The notes beneath the pieces were generated by a model, which did not search any database, was not told the origin of the DNA, and saw only the letters and a program-made list of their open reading frames with translations. 64,000 bases of DNA, taken from Octopus vulgaris. Its lineage: Eukaryota. This document shows positions 25,909 through 38,498 of the stretch, one piece after another; position 1 is the stretch's first letter, and the number at the start of each line of letters is the position of its first letter. The position numbers were made by a program, and so were the translations under genes. The DNA is taken from NCBI GenBank assembly GCA_951406725.2, contig OX597822.1:11036001-11100000 (forward strand), in the 5' to 3' direction.

Positions 25909-26666
25909 GGCAACGAGCTGGCAGAAACGTTTGCACGCCGGGCGAAATACTTAGCGGTATTTCGTTTGCCGCTACGTTCTGAGTTTAAATTCCGTCGAGG
26001 TCGACTTTCATCCTTTCGGGGTCGATAAATTAAGTACCAGTTATGCACTGGGGTCGATATAATCGACTTAATCCGTTTGTCTGTCCTTGTTTGTCCTCTC
26101 TGTGTTTAGCCCCTTGTGGGTAGCAAAGAAATAGGTATTTCGTTTGCCGCTACGTTCTGAGTTTAAATTCCGTCGAGGTCGACTTTCATCCTTTCGGGGT
26201 CGATAAATTAAGTACCAGTTATGCATTGGGGTCGATATAATCGACTTAATCCGTTTGTCTGTCCTTGTTTGTCCTCTCTGTGTTTAGCCCCTTGTGGGTA
26301 GTAAAGAAATAGGTATTTCGTCTGCAGTTACGTTCTGAGTTCAAATTCCGCCGAGGTCGACTTTGTCTTTCATCCTTTCGGGGTCGATTAAATAAGTACC
26401 AGTTACGCACTGGGGTCGATATAATCGACTTAATCCGTTTGTCTGTCCTTGTTTGTCCTCTCTGTGTTTAGCCCCTTGTGGGTAGTAAAGAAATAGGTAT
26501 TTCGTCTGCAGTTACGTTCTGAGTTCAAATTCCGCCGAGGTCGACTTTGTCTTTCATCCTTTCGGGGTCGATAAATTGAGTACCAGTTGCGTACTGGGAT
26601 CGGTCTAATCGACTGACCTTCTCCCACCAAATGTCAGGCCTTATGCTTATTGTAGAAAGGATTATG
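25909..26666 (+). mobile_element. Tandem array of four SINE family C units
   Basis: Units start at GGTATTTCG 25956, 26134, 26312, 26496 (periods 178, 178, 184); outer ATACTTTT duplication. Confidence 0.95.
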
Positions 26667-27078
26667 TTATACTTTTGTGTGAGGGAGGTGCGTGTGTGTC
26701 TGTGTGTGCGTGCGTGCGTGTATACATGCAAGTGTCTATGTAGATGTAGGGATGAACATATGCATGTCAGTGCGTGTGTGTTCTTAGTTCTAGTTTTGTG
26801 TGTGACCCTCTTTATATAGCTCTTTATTATTGCTTCCATCTCTTTTTCTGTCTTTCAAACACGTCCTCTTACTCTCCTTTCACTTTATTCACTCTCTTTC
26901 TCTCTCTCCCTCTCTCTCCCTCTCTCTCTCTCACTTCCCCCCTCTGTGTATATCTATCTATCTATATATATATATATATATATATTATATTAATACATAT
27001 ATGTATACACACATACATACACATATATACATATGCAAAGCAAATACACATACATTCACACGCACACGCATACACATT

Positions 27079-27120
<42 letters not shown>

Positions 27121-27955
27121 CCCTTCTTTCCCTCGACAGACCCTATATTCCCCTCTCACCCCATAATTTTCCGTTCTCTTTCCATAACGCTATCCATCAA
27201 TTCGATCGCCTCACTCCCTATGTTACACAGACAGACGACATCTTTGAATTATGGCGAATAATCGAAGGAAACCTTACGGCTGTTGTCGTTGAGCTTGTTG
27301 CCGTGGTTATTGTTCGTTATAGATACGATATGTAGACGTTGCCATTATTGTTCCTCTCGTTGTTGTTCTTGGTGTATTCTGGCCAGTATGCCACCGTCTG
27401 AGAGGGCAGTTATGGCCATTCTATCGATCCATATCAAAGCCATTGTTTGCAGCTGGGTCACTAAACGCCTCCGCCCACTCCATGACCTGTCTCCCTACCT
27501 ACAGACCTTCTTCGCTTCCGTCTGTTCAATGAATCAGCAGTACCGGTCACTTACAACACGCCATTTTTCAATTCCTCGAGTGCACATGCTTAAAGACATT
27601 ATATACATACACGCATACATACGTATGTAAGTCTGTCTGTCTGGCTGCTTATCCATCCATCTGTCTGTCTGTCTTTCTGTCTGTCAGTCTGTCTTCTGTA
27701 TGTATGTATGTATGTATGTATGCATGTATTCCTTTATTCTTTTACTTGTTTCAGTCATTTGATTGCGGCAATGCTGGAACACCGCCTTTAGTCGAACAAA
27801 TCGACCCCAGGACTTATTCTTTGTAAGTCCAGTACTTATTCTATCGCTAAGTTACGGGAACGTAAACACGCCAACATCACTTGTCAAGGGAATGTGGTGG
27901 TAAAAACACAGACACACAAGTACACACACATACATACGTCCATACATACACACAC

Positions 27956-28027
<72 letters not shown>

Positions 28028-28091
28028 TATATAAATATATATGTATGTATGTATTTATGTATGTATGTATGTATGTATATATATATATATA

Positions 28092-28536
28092 CTAGCAGCA
28101 TAGCCCGGCGTTGCCCGGGTATGTAAGAGCCCCTAGTAGGCAACGACTAATCCCAATCTAGTCCTTTCCCTCTAGGGAACGAAGGTGCATGTGTAGGTTG
28201 CAATGTCTTCTCTTCACTCGAATACTTCTGTGTATACGAATGTTCCTAGCTGTCCCTTTGGGCGTTAAAAGGGTCGAGTTGTGTCCCCTAGACAGTTTGT
28301 GTTTAATACACAAATCGGTTTGCTATGTGTGCCACATATGATTTAATTAACCAATTTTTTCCAGAACTGGGGGAACTTTTAGAAATTTTGGCTGCGTTAG
28401 TTTTGAATTATGACATTGGGCTATGTGTGTGTCAAGTTTCATCAAAATCGGTTGAAAGCCGTGGTCAAGGTGAGGGTACAACCTGACAGACGCACAGACA
28501 CACAGACAGACAAACTGCCGTTTATATATAGAGAGA
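28092..28536 (-). mobile_element. Non-autonomous Helitron family 2
   Basis: Minus strand: 5' A|TCTCTCTATATATAAA, (CTGT)n, 3' hairpin CCCGGGCAACGCCGGG and CTAG|T. Confidence 0.82.
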
Positions 28537-28547
28537 TAACAATTGCA

Positions 28548-28790
28548 GCGTGGAAGGTGTTTATAAGCCATTTACGAAAGGCACAAAACCGTTAAATATT
28601 CACTTCAACATGTAAATTTAATTTGTCAAAATAGTTTCGTCACTTTGAGACCGAAACTTGTTCACTGACAAAGCTTCGTGCTGCACGAAGTGAACAGGTC
28701 GCGGTCTCAAAGCGACGAAACTATTTTGACAAATTAAATATCTAACGGTTTTGTGTGTTTCTTAAATGGCTTATAAACAGCTACCATGCA
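28548..28790. repeat. Long imperfect palindrome (inverted Penelope-like repeats)
   Basis: 28548-28665 is the reverse complement of 28690-28790; the centre CTTCGTGC-T-GCACGAAG is also a hairpin. Confidence 0.88.
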
Positions 28791-29167
28791 CACGATCTCA
28801 TTCGCTATATATATATATATATATACGACGGGCGTCTTTCAGTTTCTGTCTACCAAATCCAATCGCAAGGCTTTGGTCGGCCCGAGGCTATAGTAGAAGA
28901 CACTTGCCCAAGGTGCCACGCAGTGGGACTGAACCCGGAACCACATGGTTCCGGGTTCAGTCTTTACTGTTGTCTTTTTCTGCAACAGTAAAGACAACAA
29001 CAGCATCCGCAAAAGCAGTCTTAGCAGCGGCGCCACCACTGCCACAACTGACCGCACAAGCACACAATATAAAACATTTATACATTGACCATATCGGTAA
29101 CAGCAACAATGACAACGATGATGTTTTTGAACTTGGTTCGTCTCAGATTATTCTTCGACGTCACTAA

Positions 29168-29567
29168 TCTTTATATATAAAAGTGAGGTTGTGTGCTATC
29201 TGTCTCCTACGATTTAGATTCATAACTACTCCCACATTTTGCGGTGCAGTTTAACCAAAACCGGGTATCTTATAGTCGTGATTCATATCGAGCCCTTCTG
29301 GGTATTAGCGCGCGTCTACGATGAGTCTACGATTTAAAAAAAAATTACCATAATTTTTTTCCATTTTAATGCATTTTTTCGCTATTATATAAGGGAAGTA
29401 ACTCTCTAAAAATGTCTACGAGGAGTCAACGATTTTTCAAAAAAATTACCATAATTTTTTTTCCATTTTGAATGCATTTTTTTGCTATTTTTTGGATATA
29501 ACTCTTTTAAAATGCTTATATAGTTAATTCCCTTACAAACCCGAGCAACGCCGGGCGATACTGCTAG
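29168..29567 (+). mobile_element. Non-autonomous Helitron family 1
   Basis: Highly similar to 23510-23892; TC...hairpin...CTAG ends between A and T. Confidence 0.87.
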
Positions 29568-30136
29568 TTGTCCATATAAGCTCGCACGCCACTCCGCGGT
29601 TCTCATATATTCTTTGTAGCCTATATTTGTGCTTCCATTCGCACTGAATGAATTTTCTTAGTTTATATCCGCCCCCACCCCACTTAGCTAGCAGAATCAC
29701 CCCCGCCTAATTTGAGATGTTTATTTTGCATTTCCTGTTCTTGTTCTCGAGCTGTAGAGTAAGAAATTGTTAAGTGCTGAAGTAAATCTAATAATATTTA
29801 CTGACGCCTTCTGAGGTTCTTGCTTTGATCAGAAGAGTGAGCCCCTACGTAACCATTCGGCTCCTTGTAAAAGCATCAACAGAATCTCTCCAAAATTATA
29901 TCACACCATGTTTAATTTCAAAGAGAATTGAAGGACGCATTGGAAACTGCTACCTAGGACATTCTATGTTCGAAACTATGAGGTGGCCATGATTGAAATA
30001 TCTTTAATTAGTTAGTTCCGCGCTGACCGAGGGTACATTCTTTAATGCTATCCAGGAAATTCTGTGTCTGAAAACTATGAAGTAAATATGGCTGACATGC
30101 CTTTGATTGCTGACGTAAGGATAAACAGCAGCAGCA

Positions 30137-30480
30137 GGAGGCGCAATGGCCCAGTGGTTAGGGCAGCGGACTCGCGGTTTCAATTCCCAGACTGGTCGTT
30201 GTGTGTGTTTATTGAGCGTAAACACCTAAAGCTCCGGCAGGTGGTGGTGGCGACACCTGTTGTACTCTTTCGCTCCAACTTCCTCTCATTCTTTCTTCCT
30301 GTTTCTTGTCCCCGACTTCCTACGCAACCGCTGAGCCTGGATGCACATTCATCCATCCGTCGATGCTCTCGGTGTCGGGGGTTGACCTGCTTTCTCTTCT
30401 GCGGGTCTTACGAATAGCAAAGGACCACGTTTCGGACTTCTCCCATCTTGCGAGCTCTGGGATGAAGACCGTTCGCTCAA
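30137..30480 (+). mobile_element. SINE family A, tail type 3, ending in (CAACAG)n
   Basis: Family A head and body, different 3' module. Confidence 0.8.
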
Positions 30481-30512
30481 CAGCAACAGCAACAGCAACA
30501 ACAGCAATAGTT

Positions 30513-30950
30513 GAGGCGCAATGACCCAGTGGTTAGGGCAGTGGAGTCGCAGTCGTAAGGACTCGGTTTCGATTCTCAGACCGGGCATTGTGAGTGTTTA
30601 TTGAGCAAAAACACCTAAGCTCCACGAGGCTCCGGCGGGGTGGAGGGTGAGACCCGCTGTACACTTTCACCACAACTTTCTCTCACTCTTTCTTCCTACT
30701 TCTGCCACAAAGCAGAGGAGCCATAGTGTAACCCACTATGGTGTGGTAAAACTTTCAGACCCTAGTCTAGATTGCGAATCCTCTGTACCCCAGGATGGTT
30801 CAGCTCTCCACCCGTTAAAAGCCACCGTTTACGGAATGAGGATAACAAGGTTGCTTTCGCGCCTGTACAACCGCCAGTCTATCGCGTGTGGTGGGTGGAT
30901 CTTCCAAGTTGGTACACGCATTCTTAGTAGCTTAGAGTAGGCTCGAATTA
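30513..30950 (+). mobile_element. SINE family A, tail type 4
   Basis: Family A head and body to 30698, then unrelated 3' sequence ending near ATTATTATT; 3' boundary uncertain. Confidence 0.65.
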
Positions 30951-30997
30951 GAGATTATTATTTGTGGCTAATGACGTGAGTCCTGATTGGAAAAAAG

Positions 30998-31122
30998 AGA
31001 AGAAGAAGAAGAAGAAGAAGAAGAAGAAGAAGAAGAAGAAGAAGAAGAAGAAGAAGAAGAAGAAGAAGAAGAAGAAGAAGAAGAAGAAGAAGAAGAAGAA
31101 GAAGAAAAAGAAGAAGAAGAAG
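30998..31122. repeat. (GAA)n microsatellite
   Basis: Directly visible. Confidence 0.95.
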
Positions 31123-31518
31123 GCGGCAGCAACAACAAGATCAACAAGCCGCACAAGTTCTCTCTCACACAGTAATTAACAGCTTCACTTGCCACAAACC
31201 GTATAAAGCTTTGTCGGTTCCTATTACATTCTATATATTCTTCATTCAGACTATCCATATCATTATGAACCAAGAGAATCCTTTCTTTGTACGGAAACCT
31301 TCATCCAGCTTGTTTTATACGAGGCACGTTTCAGCTGAACAAAACCTCTTAGACGCCGTATCCAATTTCTACCAGTTCCTCTAATAATGTTTTTTTCTTT
31401 CTTTCTATTATTTTAGTGCCTCTCTAAAAGAAATTCTTGAGACCACAATGTATAAAACATTTTCTAAGCATAAATTATCTAATAAACGTTGACACACGAA
31501 TATCTGTATATCGGATTA

Positions 31519-31922
31519 CTCTTTTACTCTTTTACTTGTTTCAGTCATTTGACTGCGGCCATGCTGGAGCACCGCCTTTAATCGAGCAACTCGACCCCGG
31601 GATTTATTCTTTTTGTAAGCCCAGTACTTATTCTATCGGTCTCTTTTGCCGAACCGATAAGTAACGGGGACATAAACACACCAGCATCGGTTGTCAAGCA
31701 ATGCTAGGGGGACAAACACAGACACACAAACACGCATATATACATATATACATATATACGACAGGCTTCTTTCAGTTTCTGTCTACCAAATCCACTCACA
31801 AGGGTTTGGTCGGCCCGAGGCTATAGTAGAAGACACTTGCACAAGATGCCACGCAGTGGGATTGAACCCGGAACCATGTGGTTGGTAAAGAAGCTACTTA
31901 CCACACAGCCACTCCTGCGCCT
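31519..31922 (-). mobile_element. SINE family B, full length
   Basis: Homologous to 645-1052; GGATTACT on both flanks. Confidence 0.9.
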
Positions 31923-32748
31923 AGAACAAAGGATTACTAGAACACAATTTTACTCTTACTTTCACCTTTACTTTTATGACATTCACTAATGATTATCTTC
32001 CCCCTTAGACCAGACAGATCTGCATCAATGTTGCTGCAAATTCAGAAATAAGATCCATAGCTTTAGTAGATTTAAAATTACTCAAACGGTTTTGTTGTAC
32101 GTTTGTGCGAAGTGAAGTAAAAAAAATGTATAGCAAAACTTACCTAGAAGTCCAAATAGTTTGTAGTTAAAGATAAAAAGATGGAAATATGTATAAAAAG
32201 ATGTTTATGTTGAAATTATTTTATTCCACTTCTCTTCCTATTTCAGGAATGTTGGTGCACAATGCACAAAGTTTGTGTATTTTGTTGGTTCATAGCAGTC
32301 TGATGTTACCCAAAAAGTCAAAGATTTCTACCCACCCCTGCAAGTATTACTACAATGAGAAGAAAATATAACTTATTAATGCATTTCCGTTTAAGAACAA
32401 AAGCTGTTACATCAGTTATTGATTTCAGATGGAATGGTCCTTTGCAAACCATCTCAATTATAGCGTGTGATGAAACAACTGTATGGGGGAACTACATTGG
32501 AGGGGAACATTTGGAAACAATTGGTTCTTCAAATAATCCCAACAAACGTGCAATTGATCATCATTTGTAAATCAGCGGATTTTTCTGCTATGTCGTTTAC
32601 AAATCTTGTTGACAAAATACAGGTTATGCTGTTTCCTTGTACTTCCGGATAAGTAGTCTTTTGTGCACAGCCCATATTTCCGGTGAAATATGACGACCAT
32701 ATACTACAGCTCTTGAAGGAAACTTCACCAATGTGGAGTACGAAATCT

Positions 32749-33127
32749 TATTACTTTACTGCTCATAAGCGGCTACACACAGAAGAGACAAACAAGGACA
32801 GACAAACAGATTAAGTCGATCATATCGACCCCAGTGCGCAACTGGTACTTATTTAATCGATCCCGAAAGGATAAAAGGCAAAGTCGACTTCGACAGAATT
32901 TGAATTCAGAACGTAGCGGCAGACGAAATACCTATTTCTTTACTACCCACAAGGGGTTAAACACAGAGAGGACAAACAAGGACAGACAAACGTATTAAGT
33001 CGATTATATCGACCCCGAAAGGATAAAAGGCAAAGTCGACCCCAGTGCGGAATTTGAACTCAGAACGTAGCGGCAAACGAAATACCGCTAAGCATTTCGC
33101 CCGGCATGCTAACGCTTCTGCCAGCTT
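32749..33127 (-). mobile_element. SINE family C dimer
   Basis: Internal junction tail|GGTATTTCG; GAAATCT duplicated at 32742-32748 and 33128-33134. Confidence 0.88.
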
Positions 33128-34128
33128 GAAATCTGGCGAGCAAGTTTAGAGACGAAGGTGAATGATATCGAGAATGCAACTCACATTGCGAAATATTCTT
33201 AGTTTTTCACAGGACATTTGACTTGATGGTCATGAATGCTAGTTCTACTCGTGATAGGATGTCAATTGCCCAATGACAACATAAAAATGCGTTTGAACTC
33301 CAGTCGACTATTTTATGCTGAAGACTGATAAAGTAACGCCTTTTGATTGACTAATGCTCCACAGTGACTCTCTAACACTTTTCGCTACCAGATAAATCCA
33401 AGTTCCATTGCCGTTGCATCAATCATTAACGTTGAATCTTGGTTTATATCGCTAGTTCAAGTGTATCTTGAAGTTGATTTTATTAGGGATTTCTGCCAAA
33501 AGATAAAAATGTTTGCGAATAGATAATCATAAGTGCAACCACACGCCAACAAATCATCGCAGCGCGACCGCTTGACCTTTACATTCAGCTTCCAACTAAC
33601 AGCCACGCCATACGTCACCAATTAGTCTTCAGTATACACGTTCTAGAGTGAAAGTATGTTACAAGCTATTGTTTATAGCTTTATATATACTTCGAGAACC
33701 AATTCCTAGCCAGAGTTCTTGCAAGTTATCTCGAAAGTTTATGAAATACATTTGTATTTATGCATATACGTAAATACCTGAAATCATTCAAAATAGCTCT
33801 TGTGTTCTTTTATGACTATTATGTTATACATGGACCCTTATACATACATTCTTGTGTGCATCTGTGGATGTGAATGTGTCAGCATGTTTTAATACTAATG
33901 TGTGTGTGTGTGGGTGTGTGGGTGTGCTCGTGCGTTTCTGGGTGTGTGTATAGATATCATATATCATATTATATTATAATATTACACTGTATCTTATTGG
34001 GCGGATCAAAAGTCACGCACAAAAATCGGTTTAATACGCTCCGGAAGTGTCAAAGACATGCTTCAATTTTTCTAAAATTGAATAAAATATATAAAAATAC
34101 ACACTTACTTGTGCATGACGAACGAAAA

Positions 34129-34208
<80 letters not shown>

Positions 34209-34242
34209 CCCTATGATGCAGATATAAATGATGATGATGATG

Positions 34243-34274
<32 letters not shown>

Positions 34275-34275
<1 letters not shown>

Positions 34276-34980
34276 CCCTGATGCAGTACCAGACAGTTGC
34301 TCACATGGCTTCTGATTTCAACTGATTGGAAGTGTTATCATGTACATTGTTTTGTCTTGGTATAAAAGATGGGCTACAGCAAATATTCTGCTCAATACCA
34401 CAGATTTGCTTGTCAGTTGTTTGACCTTAACCAGTTGAGCATGTCCCTTAGTGGCTTACGATATGTATATCCCTGATCACGAGCAGAAGTAGTGTGGGAG
34501 CATCATAGCCATGTGTTGAGAGGAATTCTTTGGGATTTGAATAATTCGCCTCCGGAAACATGAGTTTTTCATTCATTATCCTTAAACGACCCTTATTCAG
34601 AGACCTTTTGAACAGGATGGCTACTCTATCTGAAAACATTCTTACTGGGGCAACCGGTAAGATCATGTGCTCTTATCTTGATATGAGATCACCATGTCGC
34701 GCACATATGGTTGTGATGCATGCGCCTGGTGTGCCCTTATCAGATAGGTAGTCATGATGGGTATATTGGGCTTCGTATAGTTACACCAACCTGAAGAAAA
34801 TTTTAACTGGACCCCACCTGCAAGATCATGCGCCGTTTATCTCGATATATGATAACCATGTCACGTACATATGGTTGTGCCTGGTGTACCCTTATCAGAT
34901 GGGTAGTCATGATAGGTATATTGGGCTTCGTATAATTGTACCCCAGTGTCATTTTGATGGCATGCGCTACTTTTTCACTC
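34275..34980 (+). mobile_element. (AAT)n-embedded non-coding element with internal 3' duplication
   Basis: Homologous to 35973-36281, 8015-8128 and 61025-61794. Confidence 0.8.
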
Positions 34981-35029
34981 TGGTCAGCGTGCTAAGAATT
35001 TTGCCAGCTCGCCGCTTTAATGTTGTCCT

Positions 35030-35687
35030 ACAGTGCTTTATCTGTGCAGAATTTGTGGACAAAATGATGAAACCGTATGGCATATTATCAGTCAAAGTAC
35101 GTCACTATCCCAGAAAGAATATAAGAGTCGTCATGACAATTTAGCAAGGATTGTCCATTGGACACTTTGCAACAAGGATGGACTTGACAAAGCAAAAATG
35201 TGGTGCGAACATAAACCGGAAGGCATCATCGAAAATGATAATGCAAAGATTCTACGGGATTTTATGATTCAGTGCGACCATGAAATTGAGAATATGAAAC
35301 CAGACATTGAGAAAGAAAACAAACGATGCTGGATCATAGATATTGCATACCCAGCTGGCAACAAGATATGCGACAAGGAAGAAAGAAAAGTCGAGAGATA
35401 TGAAAGGTTAGCATGGGAGGTTAAGCAGCTTTGGTTGATGAAAAAGGTGGTAGTAGTACCATTAATTGTCGGAGCCCTGATAACAGCGAGTAAAAATCTT
35501 GAGAAGTACATCGAAGAAATAGGGACTGCAATAAAAGTGGAGCCCTTGCAGAAAAGAGCACTGCTTGAAACCGCTCGAATATTACGGATTGTGCTTGAAG
35601 AATAAGGGGTATTAACTTAGTTCACTGGTAGTGAACAGCTGACACCATAGTATATTTCCAGCGTTAGAAGCTATGCAAAGACAGTAA
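35030..35687 (+). mobile_element. Dong/R4-like retrotransposon 3' end (zinc knuckle plus restriction-like endonuclease), second family
   Basis: CRICGQNDETVWHIISQS, RHD, KPDI..IIDIAYP..KVERY..VPLIVGAL; 3' UTR then (AAT)n. Confidence 0.88.
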
Positions 35688-35934
<247 letters not shown>

Positions 35935-35972
35935 TTAAAAAATTTTTTTAAAATAGTAATAATAATAATACA

Positions 35973-36281
35973 TTGATGCAGAACCAGCTAGTGGTTGTTA
36001 TGGCTTCTGATCATAACTGATTGGAAGTGTTATCATGTACATTGTTTTGTCTTGGTATAAAAGATGGGCTATAGCAAATATTCTGCTCAATACCACAGAT
36101 TTGCTTGTCAGTTGTTCTAATTGAGCCCCACCAGCAAGGTCATGTACTGTTTATTTTCACAATGTGATGATCTGAGATCACCACTTATGGTCGTGATGCA
36201 TGTGCCTGGTGTACCCTTATCAGACGGGTAGTCATGATGGGTATACTGGGCTTTGACGGCATACACCGCTCTATCACTCAA
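35973..36281 (+). mobile_element. (AAT)n-embedded non-coding element, internally deleted
   Basis: Same 5' and 3' ends as the other copies. Confidence 0.78.
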
Positions 36282-36299
36282 TAATAATAATAATAATAA

Positions 36300-36693
36300 T
36301 GGTTTCAAATTTCGTCACAAGGGTAGTAATTTTGGGGAAGGGGTTAAGTCGATTACATCGACGCCAGTGTACATCTGGTACTTATTTTATCGACCCCGAA
36401 AGGATGAAAGCAAAGTCGACCTCGGAGGAATTTGAACTCAGAACGCCGTAGACGAAATACATATTTCTTTACTACCTCCAAGGGGCTAAACAGAGAGGGG
36501 ACAAACAAGGACTGACACACGGATTAAGTCGATTATATCGACCCCAGGGCGTAACTGGTACTTATTTAATCGACCCCGAAAGGATGAAAGGCGAAGTCGA
36601 CCTCGGCGGAATTTGAACTCAGAACGTAACGGCAGAGGAAATACCGCTAAGCATTTCGCCCGGCGTGCAAACGTTTCTGCCAGCTCACCACCT
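36300..36693 (-). mobile_element. SINE family C dimer (Tx1-like tail unit plus ATT-tail unit)
   Basis: Junction ...AAAGAAATA|TGTATTTCGTC on minus strand near 36455-36465. Confidence 0.88.
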
Positions 36694-36695
36694 TA

Positions 36696-36771
<76 letters not shown>

Positions 36772-36772
36772 C

Positions 36773-36810
<38 letters not shown>

Positions 36811-36829
36811 CAATAATAATGATGATAAT

Positions 36830-37382
36830 AAAAATTTCATTTATTTGCCACCAAGACGAAGGAAGTGGAAGACAATACAAAGACAGACATACAGTATTGG
36901 GGTTTGCATATAATGAAATATTAAGAAAACAAATAAAGATGGGGCATGATAGAGATGCAAACCTCCTGATACAGGCTGACTCTAGGTATAATCGAGGAAC
37001 ACCATTGCCCGAGATTTCCCTGAATGCCAAGAGCAAGACCCTTCTCCAATTCCTTATCTCCGAATCACAGATCTACATTTAGAGAGGTACCATCCATTCT
37101 TGCCATTTTCGCAATTTTCACCCACCTCTCAATAAACTCACTCAGGGACCATAGTTTCTTCTCCTGCCTGAATTTCCTTTTCAAGTGAAACTTGAAGAAT
37201 TCACTGGGAGTTCTAGCAAACAGGAATCTATCGGTCTCCATGCGTTTGAACCTTGTCCACCAAACAGCCTTTTTCCCCACAACCACTAGGCAAAGGAAAA
37301 CTGCTATGCCTGCGCCCGATTGAGGAGAGCGGCGGGGCAATCAACACTACAGACTCAGCCCATCGAAGGATCCGTCCCACAA
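36830..37382 (-). mobile_element. Tx1/L1-like LINE 3' end abutting (ATT)n
   Basis: AVFLCLVVVGKKAVWWTR..FFKFHLKRKFRQE..FIERWVKIA is homologous to the C-terminus at 63506-63750. Confidence 0.8.
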
Positions 37383-37569
37383 GTAGTGCGCGTCTTTTTG
37401 CGTCTTATATTACATAATATTATATTATTTTATATTATATTATATTATATTATACTATACATCACATTACACTATATTATATTACCTTATATTTAGCGAT
37501 TATTTGCGTGGGTGTTGCAGTTGACGTCAGTATATATATATATATATAATCATATATATAATCATATAT

Positions 37570-37731
37570 ACAGGAGTGGCTGTGTGGTACGAACCTTGCT
37601 TCCCAACCACATGGTTCCGGGTTCTGTCCCACTACGTGGTTCCTTGGGCAAGGGTCTTCTAATATAGCCTCGGGCCGAACAAAGCCTTGAGAGTAGACTT
37701 AGTAGACGGAAACTGAAAGAAGTCCGTCGCG

Positions 37732-37763
<32 letters not shown>

Positions 37764-38003
37764 TATATATATATATACACATATGTGTGTGTGTGTCTGT
37801 GTATGTTGCCACGTCATTGCTTGACAACTGATATTGGTGTGTTTATGTCCCCGAAACTTAGCGGTTCGGCAAAAAAGTCCGATAGAATAAGGACTAGGTT
37901 TATATTCTTAGAAAGTCCTGGGGTCGATTTTTTCGACTAAAGGCGGTGCTCCATCATGGTCGCGGTCAGATGACAAGCAAGTAAAAGAATAAAAGAATAA
38001 ATA
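37570..38003 (+). mobile_element. SINE family B, full length
   Basis: Head, internal microsatellite, GTAAAAGAATAAAAGAATAA tail. Confidence 0.88.
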
Positions 38004-38144
38004 AATGTGTGTGTGTGTGTATGCGTCGGACCTACACATGTGTATGCGTGCCTCCGTAGCTATCACTATATATGATTTCCTACTTATAAACACATATGCA
38101 TGTGTGTCCGAATGTACACTCCGACATCTGTGTGCGCGTCTGTG

Positions 38145-38400
38145 TATATGTGTGTGTGCGTGCGTGAGTGCGTGTGTGTGTGTGTGTGTGTGTGTGAGTG
38201 TATGTGTGTGTGTGTGAGTGTGTGTGTGTGAGTGTGTGTGTGTGTGTGTGTGCGTGTGTGTGTGTATATGTGTGTGTGTGTGAGTTTGTGTGAGTGTGTG
38301 TGTGAGTGTGTGTGTGTTTGTGTGCGTGTGTGTGTGCGTGTATGTGTGTGTGTGAGTGTGTGTGAGTGTGAGTGTATGTGTATGTGAGTGTGTGTGTGTG

Positions 38401-38498
<98 letters not shown>

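Larger units (their letters stand above)
27731..28960 (-). mobile_element. SINE family B split by Helitron and palindromic insertions
   Basis: Tail half 27731-27950, head half 28825-28960. Confidence 0.75.

Noticed and set aside
25909-26666. CRISPR-like or satellite array
   Set aside because: No unique spacers; units are SINE bodies found dispersed throughout the window
32355-33540. Possible DNA transposase relic (IIACDETTVW on plus strand; ISPEIWAVHKR and MIDATAM on minus strand)
   Set aside because: Short motifs on opposite strands suggest different superfamilies; too degenerate to call without a profile search
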